Shown here: piece by piece, positions 28,396 to 38,913 of the stretch
How the letters are laid out: each line of letters begins with the position of its first letter
Position numbering within the stretch: position 1 is the first letter of the stretch
Origin: an uncultured Candidatus Binatia bacterium
GTDB taxonomy: Bacteria; Desulfobacterota; Binatia; Bin18
Length of the DNA stretch: 64,000 nt
Direction of reading: 5' to 3'
NCBI GenBank assembly: GCA_958296235.1
Contig: OY282457.1
Coordinates: 1,985,684 to 2,049,683, forward strand
Notes under the pieces: generated by a model
What the model saw: the letters and a program-made list of their open reading frames with translations, nothing else
What the model was told of the DNA's origin: nothing
Database searches by the model: none
Program-made: the position numbers and the translations under genes

Positions 28396-29700
28396 TTAGC
28401 CGGCTTGTTGAGTAGACTCGTACTCGACACTGTCCTCACAGCCTGGCGGGCGGAAGCTCCAGTTGAAAGGTTTCTTGCCCAGCAGTTGACCGTTATAGCT
28501 CGCAGGGTCAGCAAGTGCATCTGGGTGGTGCAGGATGCTGCAAAAATGTGCCTCGAACACCGTCCCTGTCACAGGGACCCCATTGGCGTCCAGGTCTACC
28601 GCGCTCATGCCGAGAGTCACATGTCGCTGATACTGAGTATCCCACTTGAACGTGAGCCCCAGGATATTCCGGGCGACCCCGGCCTCCGTATAAAATACCG
28701 TCCACAACGGCTCGAATGTGACCGTATCGAGCCACAGCGCCACATACCCCGAGCCGGCACCTTTGTGGGCGCGTTTGCCAACCACCAGGAAGGCCGGGCG
28801 GAGCATCCACTGGTCGTCTGCAAACCAGCGATTGACGGGCAAATACTGGGGAAACTCGTGCCGACTGTCGAATGCCGTCAAGACCGGGCGCTCGCCCAGC
28901 ATCTCCCAGTCATAAAAAAAGAACTGCCCTTCCCAGCCAAAGGCATGCTCGCGGGTGAATTGGGTCCCCGCCATTTTATCGCCCCGCGTGGTCGACCCCT
29001 GGCGCGGCCGACGCATCTTCATATTATACACATAGAAGCTTTCGGCTTTGTCCCGCGCCCACGGTAGCCAGCCCATCATTTCGTTGTCCTTTTGGTCGCC
29101 TGGAGCCAGCGTCAGCGCGCGGAGGCCGAAGCCCTGCGGTCCCCAGCCGTTCCAGCCATTGATGATAAGGGTCCGATGAGGATTTGGGCCTGAGCCGCGA
29201 AAGGTATGCCCGAGATACTCAAAGCTCCCGCCCCGATTCCGACACAACAGGTTCCAGACGGCCTTCAGTCCGGCGCGGTTCGCGTCGGGAGCGAGGCCGG
29301 GAAAGGGCAGCTCTCGCCCGCAGTGCGTCGTATCATCGAGTTCACCGTTCGGGTTCAGTTGATGGACGCTGTCCGAAACCAGGACATCATACGTACGGGC
29401 GGCGACCACATCGAGCGTAGGGACCGTGCCATTGGTCGCTTCGGAGGCCAGCAGCCCAGGCGCATGGGGTGGCAGCACTCCGACCAGTTCCTCAGCCGGG
29501 TAGGAACCAGGCGGGAGCGCCCGCGGGGTGGCGGTCTGCGTCAACCACGTCCTGAGTTCCGCCGGCACCGCTGGGCCGGGCAGGTCCTGGGGAGCGGCTT
29601 CCTGGGCCTCGCCAGACCCCCCGGTCAACATCACGAGTCCAACCCACCAACTGCTAAAGATCCGAACGCCTCGATACATGAAGCTCTCCTCCTTGGACAA
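28396..29700 (-). CDS. DUF1329-like secreted protein
   Basis: Signal-like N-terminus; LPFP...AGLKAVWN, YVYNMKMRRPR, G..FT.E..FGW.G motifs. Confidence 0.6.
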   Translation of the reverse strand: MSKEESFMYRGVRIFSSWWVGLVMLTGGSGEAQEAAPQDLPGPAVPAELRTWLTQTATPRALPPGSYPAEELVGVLPPHAPGLLASEATNGTVPTLDVVAARTYDVLVSDSVHQLNPNGELDDTTHCGRELPFPGLAPDANRAGLKAVWNLLCRNRGGSFEYLGHTFRGSGPNPHRTLIINGWNGWGPQGFGLRALTLAPGDQKDNEMMGWLPWARDKAESFYVYNMKMRRPRQGSTTRGDKMAGTQFTREHAFGWEGQFFFYDWEMLGERPVLTAFDSRHEFPQYLPVNRWFADDQWMLRPAFLVVGKRAHKGAGSGYVALWLDTVTFEPLWTVFYTEAGVARNILGLTFKWDTQYQRHVTLGMSAVDLDANGVPVTGTVFEAHFCSILHHPDALADPASYNGQLLGKKPFNWSFRPPGCEDSVEYESTQQAG

Positions 29701-29796
29701 CTGCTGATATCTTATGGGTCTGTTGGGTATAGAGCAGCGGTCAGTGCGTCAAGCCAGATTTGACGCAGGGCGGAAGAGACTGCCAAAGATGCGCCT

Positions 29797-31386
29797 TCAG
29801 GCGAACCAGTGCTCAGCGTGCAGTTGCGCCCAGATTTTTTGGACAGCCGCACCGCCTTGTTGCTGCACCCGGGCGGCGTCATCGCTCACAAACTGGCCGT
29901 GAAAAACCTGGAATTTTCCGTCAACCATCACATGCCGCACACTCAGGCCGTGGGCATACAGCAGATTGTTGAGCGGTTCGGGCGGGACGGCTCCGCTGCC
30001 AGTCAGGAAACCGGAGACATCAACCGTACACAGGTCCGCTTTGGCCCCTGGCGCAATGCGGCCCAGATCGTCCCGTCCGAGGCCCTGAGCAGCTTCCAAG
30101 GTTGCCCCTTGGACGGCCTCCCAAATGGTCGGCAGGTGCAATAGGACGGGGCTGCTGGCCTGTAAGAGTCGGGCGCGGGCACGTCCGTATAGCACGGCGA
30201 GTTTCAGGTTTTCGAGATAATCGTTTGAGTGCGTGTCGATGCCGATCGTTGTGCGGACACCGGCGGCCAGGGCTTCGGGGTAGGGCTGCGTGCCGCTACT
30301 GCCGCCAGCGCCATTACCAGACGGACAGTGGGCGTAGGTCAACTGCTTGCCGGCTAAAAACGGCAGGTCGTGCTGAACATCAATCCCGGTGAAGTGGGCA
30401 CCAAAGATACGCTCGGAATAAAAGCCAAGTTCGTCTAACCATTCCGCCGGCCGTTTTCCCCATAAGCGCTGGACTGTTTTTGTCTCTTGGGCGCTTTGTG
30501 ACAAGTGAATATGAATCCCGTTACCGATTTCTTTGGCTGCGGCCAGAATGGCCGCCATCGTCGTGGGTGTATGCGTATCCGTGGCATGTGGGGCCATTTG
30601 GGGGCGAATCCGCCCGTCTTCACTGCCATTGTGGCTCAGGGCAAAGCGTCGATTCGCCGCAATCTCAGCCAAAGTCTCCTGTTCTGAGTCGGTCAGGACT
30701 TGATCCGAATTTCGAAACCAGATGGGAAACAGCCGCGCAATACCGGGAATCATACCGCCCGGATATCCCCGCACCCCCCAACGCCCGGCAATGCGGACAT
30801 ACGACTCTGCCTGGCGCAAACTCAGACTCATTTCAACCTGGGTCGTACAGCCCGAGCGGAGCAACTCCGCTACGTTATAGGCAGTCAGGGCGTCGAGATC
30901 TTCGGTGCTCAGAGACTCGACCAGTTCGAGTGGTCGGGCGTACGAGCGACCACCCTCAATAATCCCCCGGGTTGGGGTGGCTGAACAGGCATGGGTATGA
31001 CCCGAAATAAAACCCGGCAGCAACAGTTGGCCGCTCGCTCGGAGACGCGGCGTATCGCCCTGGAGATGGCCGCTTTTGACTGTTTCGATATGGTCTCTCC
31101 GTACCCGAACCGAGCAGTCCGGCAAAAGCTGCAAGCGGCCATTGTGAAAAACCAGCCCCCACGGCGCTTCGATGATGCAGTCGTGGTGGGGTGGTTTTTC
31201 TTCGAGTGGGAGCGGGTTGGCAAAAAGGGCCGGCGAAGCCTGAGCGCCAGCCGCGCTAAAAGCCGCACCCGCCAGACCGCCGTGGACCAGGAGCTGCCGG
31301 CGGGTGAAACTGTTTTCAACGCTCTCGCTCGGCGATTCTGGACTGCTACAGACAAAGCAGGCGCCGTGAAGATCTGGATCAGCCAT
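29797..31386 (-). CDS. Metal-dependent amidohydrolase (deaminase-like) with probable Tat signal
   Basis: TRRQLL + hydrophobic stretch; PGFISGHTH, IHIHLSQ, HCP, GIDTH, G.IAPGAKADL. Confidence 0.85.
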   Translation of the reverse strand: MADPDLHGACFVCSSPESPSESVENSFTRRQLLVHGGLAGAAFSAAGAQASPALFANPLPLEEKPPHHDCIIEAPWGLVFHNGRLQLLPDCSVRVRRDHIETVKSGHLQGDTPRLRASGQLLLPGFISGHTHACSATPTRGIIEGGRSYARPLELVESLSTEDLDALTAYNVAELLRSGCTTQVEMSLSLRQAESYVRIAGRWGVRGYPGGMIPGIARLFPIWFRNSDQVLTDSEQETLAEIAANRRFALSHNGSEDGRIRPQMAPHATDTHTPTTMAAILAAAKEIGNGIHIHLSQSAQETKTVQRLWGKRPAEWLDELGFYSERIFGAHFTGIDVQHDLPFLAGKQLTYAHCPSGNGAGGSSGTQPYPEALAAGVRTTIGIDTHSNDYLENLKLAVLYGRARARLLQASSPVLLHLPTIWEAVQGATLEAAQGLGRDDLGRIAPGAKADLCTVDVSGFLTGSGAVPPEPLNNLLYAHGLSVRHVMVDGKFQVFHGQFVSDDAARVQQQGGAAVQKIWAQLHAEHWFA

Positions 31387-31585
31387 CGTCCTCTTTCTTC
31401 ATCTGCCGGTACGAAGTCAGGCCAAGCCTACGCCTCCAGACCGCTTTGGTCCAGAGTTTTTTACCCTTGGGCAAGGAGATACAGCAAAGAGATAAAGGGG
31501 GTAGCGAGATGAAGGCGAAGTCTGACTTGCTTCCTGGCGGGCTGGTTGTGTATGCTCGGGGCGAAACGCACGACGAGGGGGAAAT

Positions 31586-32662
31586 ATGCGTCAGGTGAAC
31601 ACGGATCGCGTCTTTGTGAAACAATCGTATCCGGTGAGTGAGAAAGATATCATCCCGGTGTTGGACTTCGGACCGTTTCTGGCCGGCGACCCCGGCGCGC
31701 TGGCCCGCCTGGGTCAGGAGGTTTGCCAGGCGCTTGAAGACATCGGCTTCTTTTTCATCAAAAACCACGGCGTGCCCCAGGAGTTAGTTGACCGCGTGTT
31801 CGCCGAAAACGCCCGTTTTCATGCGCTGCCGCCGGCGCGTAAACTGTCCGTCAAGGTCGATGGCAAAGGCATCGGCTATATGCCGCCGGGGCTCCAGCAT
31901 CCCAAATACAAGCAGGACGAACCGGCCCGTAAGCCTGATATTGGCGAGGCGTTTTTCATCGGGCGTGAGGCCCAGTCCAGGAGCCGGGACGCCGGCGCGC
32001 CCGACCCGCTGTATCAGGGCGGCAATCAGTGGCCGGAGGATTTGCCCGGCTTTCGGGAGACCCTGGTCGAGTATTTCGACGCTATGGAAGCGCTCAGCCT
32101 GCGCCTGCTGCCGGTGTACGCCACCGCCCTGGGTCTGCCCGTACATTTCTTTGATGACGCCTTTCTGCACTCGCGGCCAATGGGGATTCTGCGCTTGTCC
32201 CACTATCCCGAGACCCCCTGTGAGGAAAACCAGTTTAATGCCTCGCCGCATATTGACGGCGACTTTATTACGTTTTTGGCCCAATCCGAGGTGCCCGGTC
32301 TGGAGCTGCGCACCTCGGAGAAAAAATGGATTCAGGCCCCGGCGCTGGCCGGGACGTTTCTGGTCAATGCGGGCGAGATTCTCCGCTTGTGGAGCAACGG
32401 CCGGTTTCGGGCGACATTTCACCGAGCCATCAACCGCTCGGGTCGCGACCGGTATGCAATTCCGTTCTTCTACAGCCCCAGCCCGGACACCCTGATTGCG
32501 TGTGTGGAGACCTGCTGCGACGCCGACCATCCGCCCCAGTATCGACCGGTGACGGTCCGGGAGTATACCGAGTGGTTCTCGCATAAGGTCTTTGTCCATC
32601 TCAAGGACAAACCGGGCCGCTCACCGTATTACGCCGGAGACCGGCCCGACAGTGCGGCCTGA
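31586..32662 (+). CDS. 2OG-Fe(II) oxygenase, isopenicillin N synthase family
   Basis: GFFFIKNHGV, LRLSHYP, PHIDGD (HxD), VNAGE..WSNG.F.AT.HR, RYAIPFF. Confidence 0.92.
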   Translation: MRQVNTDRVFVKQSYPVSEKDIIPVLDFGPFLAGDPGALARLGQEVCQALEDIGFFFIKNHGVPQELVDRVFAENARFHALPPARKLSVKVDGKGIGYMPPGLQHPKYKQDEPARKPDIGEAFFIGREAQSRSRDAGAPDPLYQGGNQWPEDLPGFRETLVEYFDAMEALSLRLLPVYATALGLPVHFFDDAFLHSRPMGILRLSHYPETPCEENQFNASPHIDGDFITFLAQSEVPGLELRTSEKKWIQAPALAGTFLVNAGEILRLWSNGRFRATFHRAINRSGRDRYAIPFFYSPSPDTLIACVETCCDADHPPQYRPVTVREYTEWFSHKVFVHLKDKPGRSPYYAGDRPDSAA

Positions 32663-32704
32663 GCCAGGATGAGATTGTGACTCAAATCAAAGGAGGGAAC
32701 GGAT

Positions 32705-33091
32705 ATGCCAGCAAACAAACCCGAAGAGTGTGATCTGCTGTTGCTTGAAGCGCTGAAAGCGGGCGACCTGGACGCGGCCGTAGCGCTCTATGAGCCGGAT
32801 GCTACGTTTGTGGTGTCGCCCGAGCAGGTCGTCACCGGCCACGCCGCCATCCGCGAGGTCATGCAGGGCTTTATTAACGCCCAGGCCACGTTTAACGTCG
32901 AGGCGGTCACGGCAGTCCCCAGTACGGACGGGTCGGTGGCGGTCACGCGAGTGAAGGGCAGCAGCACCAGTCCGGGTCCCGACGGAAATCCGGTCACGAC
33001 GCCGCTGCACAGTGTGGAGGTGGTGCGCAAGCAGGCTGACGGGACGTGGCTCTTTATCGTCGACGACCCCAGTGGCGAAGGGCTGAAGTAA
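32705..33091 (+). CDS. NTF2-like / SnoaL / DUF4440 protein
   Basis: AGDLDAAVALYEPDA, GHAAIRE, EVVRKQADGTWLFIVDDP. Confidence 0.88.
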   Translation: MPANKPEECDLLLLEALKAGDLDAAVALYEPDATFVVSPEQVVTGHAAIREVMQGFINAQATFNVEAVTAVPSTDGSVAVTRVKGSSTSPGPDGNPVTTPLHSVEVVRKQADGTWLFIVDDPSGEGLK

Positions 33092-33370
33092 GGCTCCAAT
33101 ATCATCGCCAGGTCGCTCAACCGTGCGGCGCATTAGTCCGTATCCGTATACATGCGCCTGATGTCGGCTGTATCCTTGTCTTGAAGAAATGCGGGTTCTC
33201 CAGCCTGGTGAGCATGACCCGAGGCGCAGCGAAAAAGCGCCTCGAATCCCGTCCTAAAGAGATTGATACGGAGTAACGGAAAGAGCTGGCGCGCTTCACG
33301 CCAGGCTGTCGCCATGTGTTCCGCTCTTATCATGCCGACAGGCTTGCTCACCTGACAAGAGGAGAAGTAA

Positions 33371-33646
33371 TCATTTGTGATGCTCGCGGGTCTCATCCTG
33401 GTGCGCTTCGTAGTAAGCTCGGAGGATGGCGTTAATGCGGCTTTGATAGCCCTTGCCCTGGGCTTTCATCCACTCCAGCACATCGGCGTCTAAGCGTAAG
33501 GTCAGTTGTTTTTTTCCAGGCGTGACTACTACCCGTGCTTTCTTGAAGAAGTCTTCATCCAACTCAGGGATGTCGCTGTAATCAATATCTTGATCGCCCT
33601 GGGCATCAACGCGTTTCAAGTCGCTCTTGATAGATCTTTTGCTCAC
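33371..33646 (-). CDS. brnA: BrnA antitoxin
   Basis: DIDYSDIPEL, KKQLTLRLDADVLEW, GYQSRINAILR. Confidence 0.92.
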   Translation of the reverse strand: MSKRSIKSDLKRVDAQGDQDIDYSDIPELDEDFFKKARVVVTPGKKQLTLRLDADVLEWMKAQGKGYQSRINAILRAYYEAHQDETREHHK

Positions 33647-33881
33647 GACTATTAGCCTTTCTCATCGAAATGATCCGTATCTTCTTACCGCGTGGCGTAT
33701 GGGCGATGACCACTACGCGGCCTTCCAACCGGCCTAGGGTAATGAACCGTTCTTCCCTATAGTCGTAACGTTTGTCCTCGAACGTCACGCACGCCCCAGC
33801 AAACACGAGAGGCGCATCTTCAAAGCTCAGCCCATGCTTGCATAGATTTTCGCGCTGCTTTGTCTTATCCCATTCATACAT
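33606..33881 (-). CDS. brnT: BrnT toxin
   Basis: YEWD..K...N..KHG.SF, EERF.T.G, RIISMRKA...E. Confidence 0.92.
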   Translation of the reverse strand: MYEWDKTKQRENLCKHGLSFEDAPLVFAGACVTFEDKRYDYREERFITLGRLEGRVVVIAHTPRGKKIRIISMRKANSREQKIYQERLETR

Positions 33882-33920
33882 GACCCTTGCCTGTAAACGT
33901 AGTTACAATTTCTTCGTTCG

Positions 33921-34343
33921 TCATTGTACTCCTTGACCATCCCGGATTTTGACTTCAACGAAAACCGCGCCGGTCCATTCCGCCCGTTTGTAAGTCCACG
34001 GACGCAGCTTCTTGAACCCCGCGCTGCTGCGCTCGGGGTCGCCGAGAATGGGCGTGGCCCAGCCTGTGTACTCCGTTCTTTGAATGAGCAGGGTGACTTC
34101 CGCACCGCCTTCGAGGTGTTTCCACCAGCCGGAGTCACTCCCAATATAGACCATATTTCCCTCACGCAGATAATCCACCGGAAAGGTTTTCATCTCCGAT
34201 GAGTCTCGCTTCTTGAGGGTGATGAGCATGACGCTATCGCTCAGCAGTCCATGCTGCCTGGATTGCAGGATGGTCGGCACGAGGGGGTGATAGGCCGCAA
34301 CAAGTACCGATATGCCGGCCAATACGGAAATAATTGTGATCAT
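33921..34343 (-). CDS. Split-barrel protein, deazaflavin-dependent nitroreductase (Ddn)-like
   Basis: LIT..KR.S....PV.Y...G...., WWKHL.GG.EVTL pattern; N-terminal hydrophobic anchor. Confidence 0.55.
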   Translation of the reverse strand: MITIISVLAGISVLVAAYHPLVPTILQSRQHGLLSDSVMLITLKKRDSSEMKTFPVDYLREGNMVYIGSDSGWWKHLEGGAEVTLLIQRTEYTGWATPILGDPERSSAGFKKLRPWTYKRAEWTGAVFVEVKIRDGQGVQ

Positions 34344-34391
34344 ATACAGAGATAATAGGGATATTTCATGACAGGGAAAGCCCCTAGTCCG

Positions 34392-36107
34392 CTATCCCCG
34401 CCGCGCGCCTTCGAGCATTTCACGCGCGTGGCGACGAGCTTCGGGCGTGATTTCCACACCACCTAGCATGCGGGCGAGTTCCTGGAGGCGTTCGCGCTGG
34501 GTCAGACGTTGGGCCGAAGAAATCGTGCGGCCTTGGGCCACCGTTTTGGTCACAGTGTAGGCGTGGTCGGCACAGGCCGCGATCTGCGGCAAATGCGTAA
34601 TGCACAGCACCTGATGCTGGTCGGCCAGGACCTTGAGCCGCCGCCCGACGACCTCGGCCACTCCACCGCCGATTCCCGCGTCCACTTCGTCAAAAATCAG
34701 TGTCGGCGTGGCTTCCGCAGCCGCGCTGAGCGCTTTGAGGGCGAGCATGAGGCGGGAGAGTTCTCCGCCAGAGGCAACCTGGACAAGTGGCAAGAGTGGC
34801 TCCCCGGGATTGGCGGACAGATAAAATTCGACCTGATCGTAGCCGCGCGCTGTGAGCCGCCGGCCATTTTGCGTAAACGGCGAATCCGGTCCACCCCTGG
34901 TTTCATCTTCAGGCGGTTGCGGAAATTGGACGCCAAAGTGCGCGCCCTGCATGCCGAGCTGACCTAACTCGGTCTGGATGCTGCGCTCAAGCTTCCGGGC
35001 AGCCGCGCGCCGCTCCTCCGACAGTTCGTCAGCCCAGGACCAGGCCGCCTGCGCGGCTTGAGTGACTTCCTGTTGCAACGCGGCAATCGCCGCTTCGCCG
35101 CTTTCGATATGTTCCAGCTCTTGTTCCAGCGTAGCCTGCCGGGCCAGAATCGCCTCAATATTTTCGCCGTATTTTTTCTTGAGACGCGAGAGCAGCGCGA
35201 GGCGGACATCAATCTCTTCCAGACGCTCGGGGTTCGGGCTGAGGCGCTCGCCATATTTGCGCAGGAAAAGGGCGGCCTCTTCGACCTGGGCCAGCCCGTC
35301 ACTCAGGAGTGAGACCGCTTCGTTCAGGCGGGCGTCCACCCGGACCAGGTCGCGTAACTGGGCCACCAGTCGCCCGAGTCGATCCGTCACCGCTCCGTCG
35401 CTCGCAGTGAGCATCTCTTCGCCGCCAGCCGTCGTCTGATACAGCTTTTCGGCGTTCATGAGCATGGTCCGTTCCTGGCGCAACTCCTCTTCTTCTCCGG
35501 TCTGGAGGGCGGCGCGGCGAATCTCATCGACCTGAAAACGTACGAAGTCCTGGCGGGCCTCAGCCGCGGCTTTGTCCTCGGTCAGCGCGCGCACGCGCTC
35601 CCATACCCGTCGCAGGGTCTGGTAGCGGGTCGCCATTTCCCGGATGCGCTGCGGCGTATCAGCGAAATCGTCGAGCAGGGAGAGCGCCGAATCAGCCTCA
35701 CGCAAGACCTGCTGCTCATGCTGTCCATAGATCTGCATCAGCCCGGCGCTGAGCTGACGCAACAGCGCGACCGTGGTCAGCCGGCCGTTCAGATACACTC
35801 GGCTGCGTCCGTTCGCTGTAATCACGCGACGGACCAGGAGTTCTTCGGCTGCAAGCATCTCATGTTCCGCCAAGAGGGGGGCGAGACGCGCGTTGTCGAG
35901 GCCGAAGACTGCCTCGACAACGGCCTCTGTGGTATCCCGTCGAATCAGGTCGGCGGTTGCTCGACTGCCCAGGGCCAGGCCGATGGCCTGCATGAGCAGG
36001 CTTTTGCCGGCGCCCGTCTCTCCGGTAATCACATTCAGGCCGGACTCGAACGACAGGGCGAGATCGTCGATCAGGGCCAGATTTTTCACGTGCAGATGGC
36101 GCAGCAT
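34392..36107 (-). CDS. recN: DNA repair protein RecN
   Basis: ITGETGAGKS, IYGQHEQ, coiled coil, ASGGELSR, IFDEVDAG, CITHLPQIA. Confidence 0.97.
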   Translation of the reverse strand: MLRHLHVKNLALIDDLALSFESGLNVITGETGAGKSLLMQAIGLALGSRATADLIRRDTTEAVVEAVFGLDNARLAPLLAEHEMLAAEELLVRRVITANGRSRVYLNGRLTTVALLRQLSAGLMQIYGQHEQQVLREADSALSLLDDFADTPQRIREMATRYQTLRRVWERVRALTEDKAAAEARQDFVRFQVDEIRRAALQTGEEEELRQERTMLMNAEKLYQTTAGGEEMLTASDGAVTDRLGRLVAQLRDLVRVDARLNEAVSLLSDGLAQVEEAALFLRKYGERLSPNPERLEEIDVRLALLSRLKKKYGENIEAILARQATLEQELEHIESGEAAIAALQQEVTQAAQAAWSWADELSEERRAAARKLERSIQTELGQLGMQGAHFGVQFPQPPEDETRGGPDSPFTQNGRRLTARGYDQVEFYLSANPGEPLLPLVQVASGGELSRLMLALKALSAAAEATPTLIFDEVDAGIGGGVAEVVGRRLKVLADQHQVLCITHLPQIAACADHAYTVTKTVAQGRTISSAQRLTQRERLQELARMLGGVEITPEARRHAREMLEGARRG

Positions 36108-36140
36108 ACCGCGGTTTCCCCGATCGCTTTTGTCTCCTGC

Positions 36141-38906
36141 CTAGGCCACTCCGCGTCGAGACGCGTCGTCCAGACGATCGCTCACAATCCTGGCGATATT
36201 CAGGAATATCCGAGCGCCAATCCGGGGGTAGCGTTTTTGCATACGCTGCAAGAAGCGCTCGTCCACCGCAATCGCCTCAGCCTCGTCCACGGCAATCACG
36301 TCCGCGGTCCGCCGATTCTGACGGATGAGGGCCATTTCGCCAATCACATCGCCGCGGCCCATGCTTCGCAGCAGCTTTGACGAGCCGTCAGTATTGAGCC
36401 GGGCGTCTGCCCTGCCATTGATCAGCACAAACATCTCCCTGCCCATTTCTCCTTGCCTGACGATGAACTCACCCTTGGCAAAGGTCCGAAATTCGCCCAT
36501 CAGGGTGACGATCTTGGCTTGCACGGGACGGAGCCCGGCAAAGAGGGGAATCGTCTTATGCGGGTCGCGGCCGAGTTTCAGGTATAAGACGTCCCACAGG
36601 GTGATGATCTTGGTGGTGGCGAGCAAGGCCGGCAGCAAGAGCACATCCGCCCCAAAGGCGACGATCATGGTGGCCGCCGAGAGCATACCAAATTCCCGGA
36701 TCGGGACAAAAGTCGAAAAATACAGCACCAGAAAGCCGAGCAATAAGATGACGGAGGCATACAGGCTCGGCTTGCCCACCGTCCCGAGGGTGTGGAGCAG
36801 GGCGGTCTCCTGGTCTGGGGCCGTATGCACCTCAGCGCTCAGCCTGGTCATCAGGTGCACCGTATTATCCACAGCAATGCCGAGTGCAATAGCGGCGATA
36901 ATGCTGGTCCCCAGGTTGAGCACCGCGCCGGAGAGCCCCATCAGTCCGAAAAAAATGACAATCGGAAAGATGTTCGGAATCATGGCGATCAGCCCAATCC
37001 GAGCGGACAGAAACATGGCCGCCATAATAACGAAGATGACGCTGGCAGCCAGCGACAGACTGCGGATCTGGCCAGTAATAATATCGCCGGTTGTCTGGGT
37101 CAGGAGAATCAGATTGCCGGTGGGACGGACCTTGAGATCGGGCGGAAAGCGCTCCTGAGCGTAGGCGCTGATCCGCTCCGCGAGCGCGGAGATCTCCTGT
37201 GAGCCCGAGAGGGTTGTGCGGACAAGGATATTCGAGCGCGCAAAGTCCGGGCTGGCGACGGACCGAAAACTGGTCGGACTGCCGGCCACGAGTTGCATGA
37301 CAGCGCGGAGTTGAGACGGCTCCTGCCAGAAGGTGGTGGGCTTGTCCGCTGGCTGAGCCGCAATAGTTTCGTCGCCCGGACCGACCAGAACCCCACCGCC
37401 GCCGGACTGCGCCCCGCGGTCGAGCAGCTCGCAATAGTCCACGAACGAAACGGTTTTATCCACACCGGGCAGGCCGTCGATATAGGTCTGGAGGTCTTTG
37501 ATCCGGCGCAAGGTATCCCACTGTTTCATGACGTCTTTTTCTTCGCCATCAATCACCACATAAAAAGCCATGCTGCCGACCAGATGCTCATTAATGGCAT
37601 CGGTCGCCTGGCGCACGGGGTCGTTGGGACGAAAGAAGGACTGAAAATTAGAATCGACCTGAATCGAGGTCAGGTTCCATAGCGCCACCCCGGCGCAGAG
37701 CAGCGCCGCGGCAATCACGCTCAGGCGGTTCTGAATGGCAAAGCGACCGATACGCCGCAGACCCGTGGTGACCCCAGGGGCAAACGCGGCCGCGGGGTTG
37801 GCCGGGAGACGCAGCTGCATGAGACTGGCCGGAACCAGGAGAATGGATAAGACAAAAGCGATCAGAATGCCGACCGACGAGAAAATACCCATCGCGCGAA
37901 TACTGCTGAGCGGGTTTATGCCCAAGGAGAGAAAACCGAGCACAGTTGTCAGCGCAGTAATACAAATCGGCGGGCTGGTTTTTCTGAGGGTCTCCAACAC
38001 AACGTCCCGCACTGAGCCATCTGGCTGGGCCAACTCATAATACTCAGCCACCACGTGGAGCGAATAGGCTGTCCCCAAGACGAGAATCAGGGGCGGCAGG
38101 GCAATACTCCCCAGGCTGAGGCTGCTCCCGGCAAGGACCATGATGCCCAGCGTCCAGATGAGACTGACGAGAATCGTCAGGGCCGGCAACAAGACGCCGC
38201 GGACGGAACGAAAACTCACGAAGAGCACAAGAACAATAGCGAGCAGGGTCAGGGGAACAAAGCGGCTCAAATCGCTCTGCATGGCCCGGGCGGAATAGAC
38301 TTTGAAGCGGGGCAGGCCAGTATAAAACAGTTGTTCCGGCCCTGTTGCGTGTTCTGCGTCTATGATGGCCTGGATGTGCTCATCAATCTCCCGCGGCATG
38401 AATGCAGCGTCGTCCATATCCGCGAAGAAGATATTGATGGCCGCGGCCTTTCCGTCTTCGGAGACCAGATTCTTCAGGTAAATAGGCCGGTCGGCCAACG
38501 TCTCCCGGAGCGCATCCAGACCGGCCTGGTCGGCAGGGATGTGTGTGACCAACCGCGGCGGCTCGACCACATCGGCAATCGGGTCAAGCGCATTGGTCAG
38601 GCTGAGCACCTCCTGGACCCCCTCGATATTCTCCAGCGCTTCGGTCAGGCGCGTAATTTTGTGTAAGACGTCCGCGGTATAAATGTCATCGGCCAGCAGC
38701 CCGACCACCCCGACTTCATCGCTGCCAAAGAGCTGGCGGACCTCAGCGTAATACTGGCTGTCCGGGTTGTCCTGGCTCAGGAGGCTTTCAACCGAGCTGT
38801 CCAGACGAATGTCTTTTGCGTACACCCCAAAGACGCAGGTGAGGATGAAGAGCAGAAGGAGCAGGGTCTTTGGCCGGTTGACGATGAGCAGGTAGAGCGG
38901 TTCCAT
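36141..38906 (-). CDS. MMPL/RND family transporter with a C-terminal cyclic-nucleotide-binding domain
   Basis: Two MMPL TM repeats (T.LTT.LGF.SL; ALGIAVD..VH) plus cNMP domain IVRQGEMG.EMF.L..G...GDVIGEMAL...RRTADV.A. Confidence 0.88.
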   Translation of the reverse strand: MEPLYLLIVNRPKTLLLLLFILTCVFGVYAKDIRLDSSVESLLSQDNPDSQYYAEVRQLFGSDEVGVVGLLADDIYTADVLHKITRLTEALENIEGVQEVLSLTNALDPIADVVEPPRLVTHIPADQAGLDALRETLADRPIYLKNLVSEDGKAAAINIFFADMDDAAFMPREIDEHIQAIIDAEHATGPEQLFYTGLPRFKVYSARAMQSDLSRFVPLTLLAIVLVLFVSFRSVRGVLLPALTILVSLIWTLGIMVLAGSSLSLGSIALPPLILVLGTAYSLHVVAEYYELAQPDGSVRDVVLETLRKTSPPICITALTTVLGFLSLGINPLSSIRAMGIFSSVGILIAFVLSILLVPASLMQLRLPANPAAAFAPGVTTGLRRIGRFAIQNRLSVIAAALLCAGVALWNLTSIQVDSNFQSFFRPNDPVRQATDAINEHLVGSMAFYVVIDGEEKDVMKQWDTLRRIKDLQTYIDGLPGVDKTVSFVDYCELLDRGAQSGGGGVLVGPGDETIAAQPADKPTTFWQEPSQLRAVMQLVAGSPTSFRSVASPDFARSNILVRTTLSGSQEISALAERISAYAQERFPPDLKVRPTGNLILLTQTTGDIITGQIRSLSLAASVIFVIMAAMFLSARIGLIAMIPNIFPIVIFFGLMGLSGAVLNLGTSIIAAIALGIAVDNTVHLMTRLSAEVHTAPDQETALLHTLGTVGKPSLYASVILLLGFLVLYFSTFVPIREFGMLSAATMIVAFGADVLLLPALLATTKIITLWDVLYLKLGRDPHKTIPLFAGLRPVQAKIVTLMGEFRTFAKGEFIVRQGEMGREMFVLINGRADARLNTDGSSKLLRSMGRGDVIGEMALIRQNRRTADVIAVDEAEAIAVDERFLQRMQKRYPRIGARIFLNIARIVSDRLDDASRRGVA

Positions 38907-38913
38907 GTGGTTT

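Noticed and set aside
33117-33396. Short ORFs downstream of brnA
   Set aside because: No recognisable motif; may be a decayed fragment but cannot be supported.
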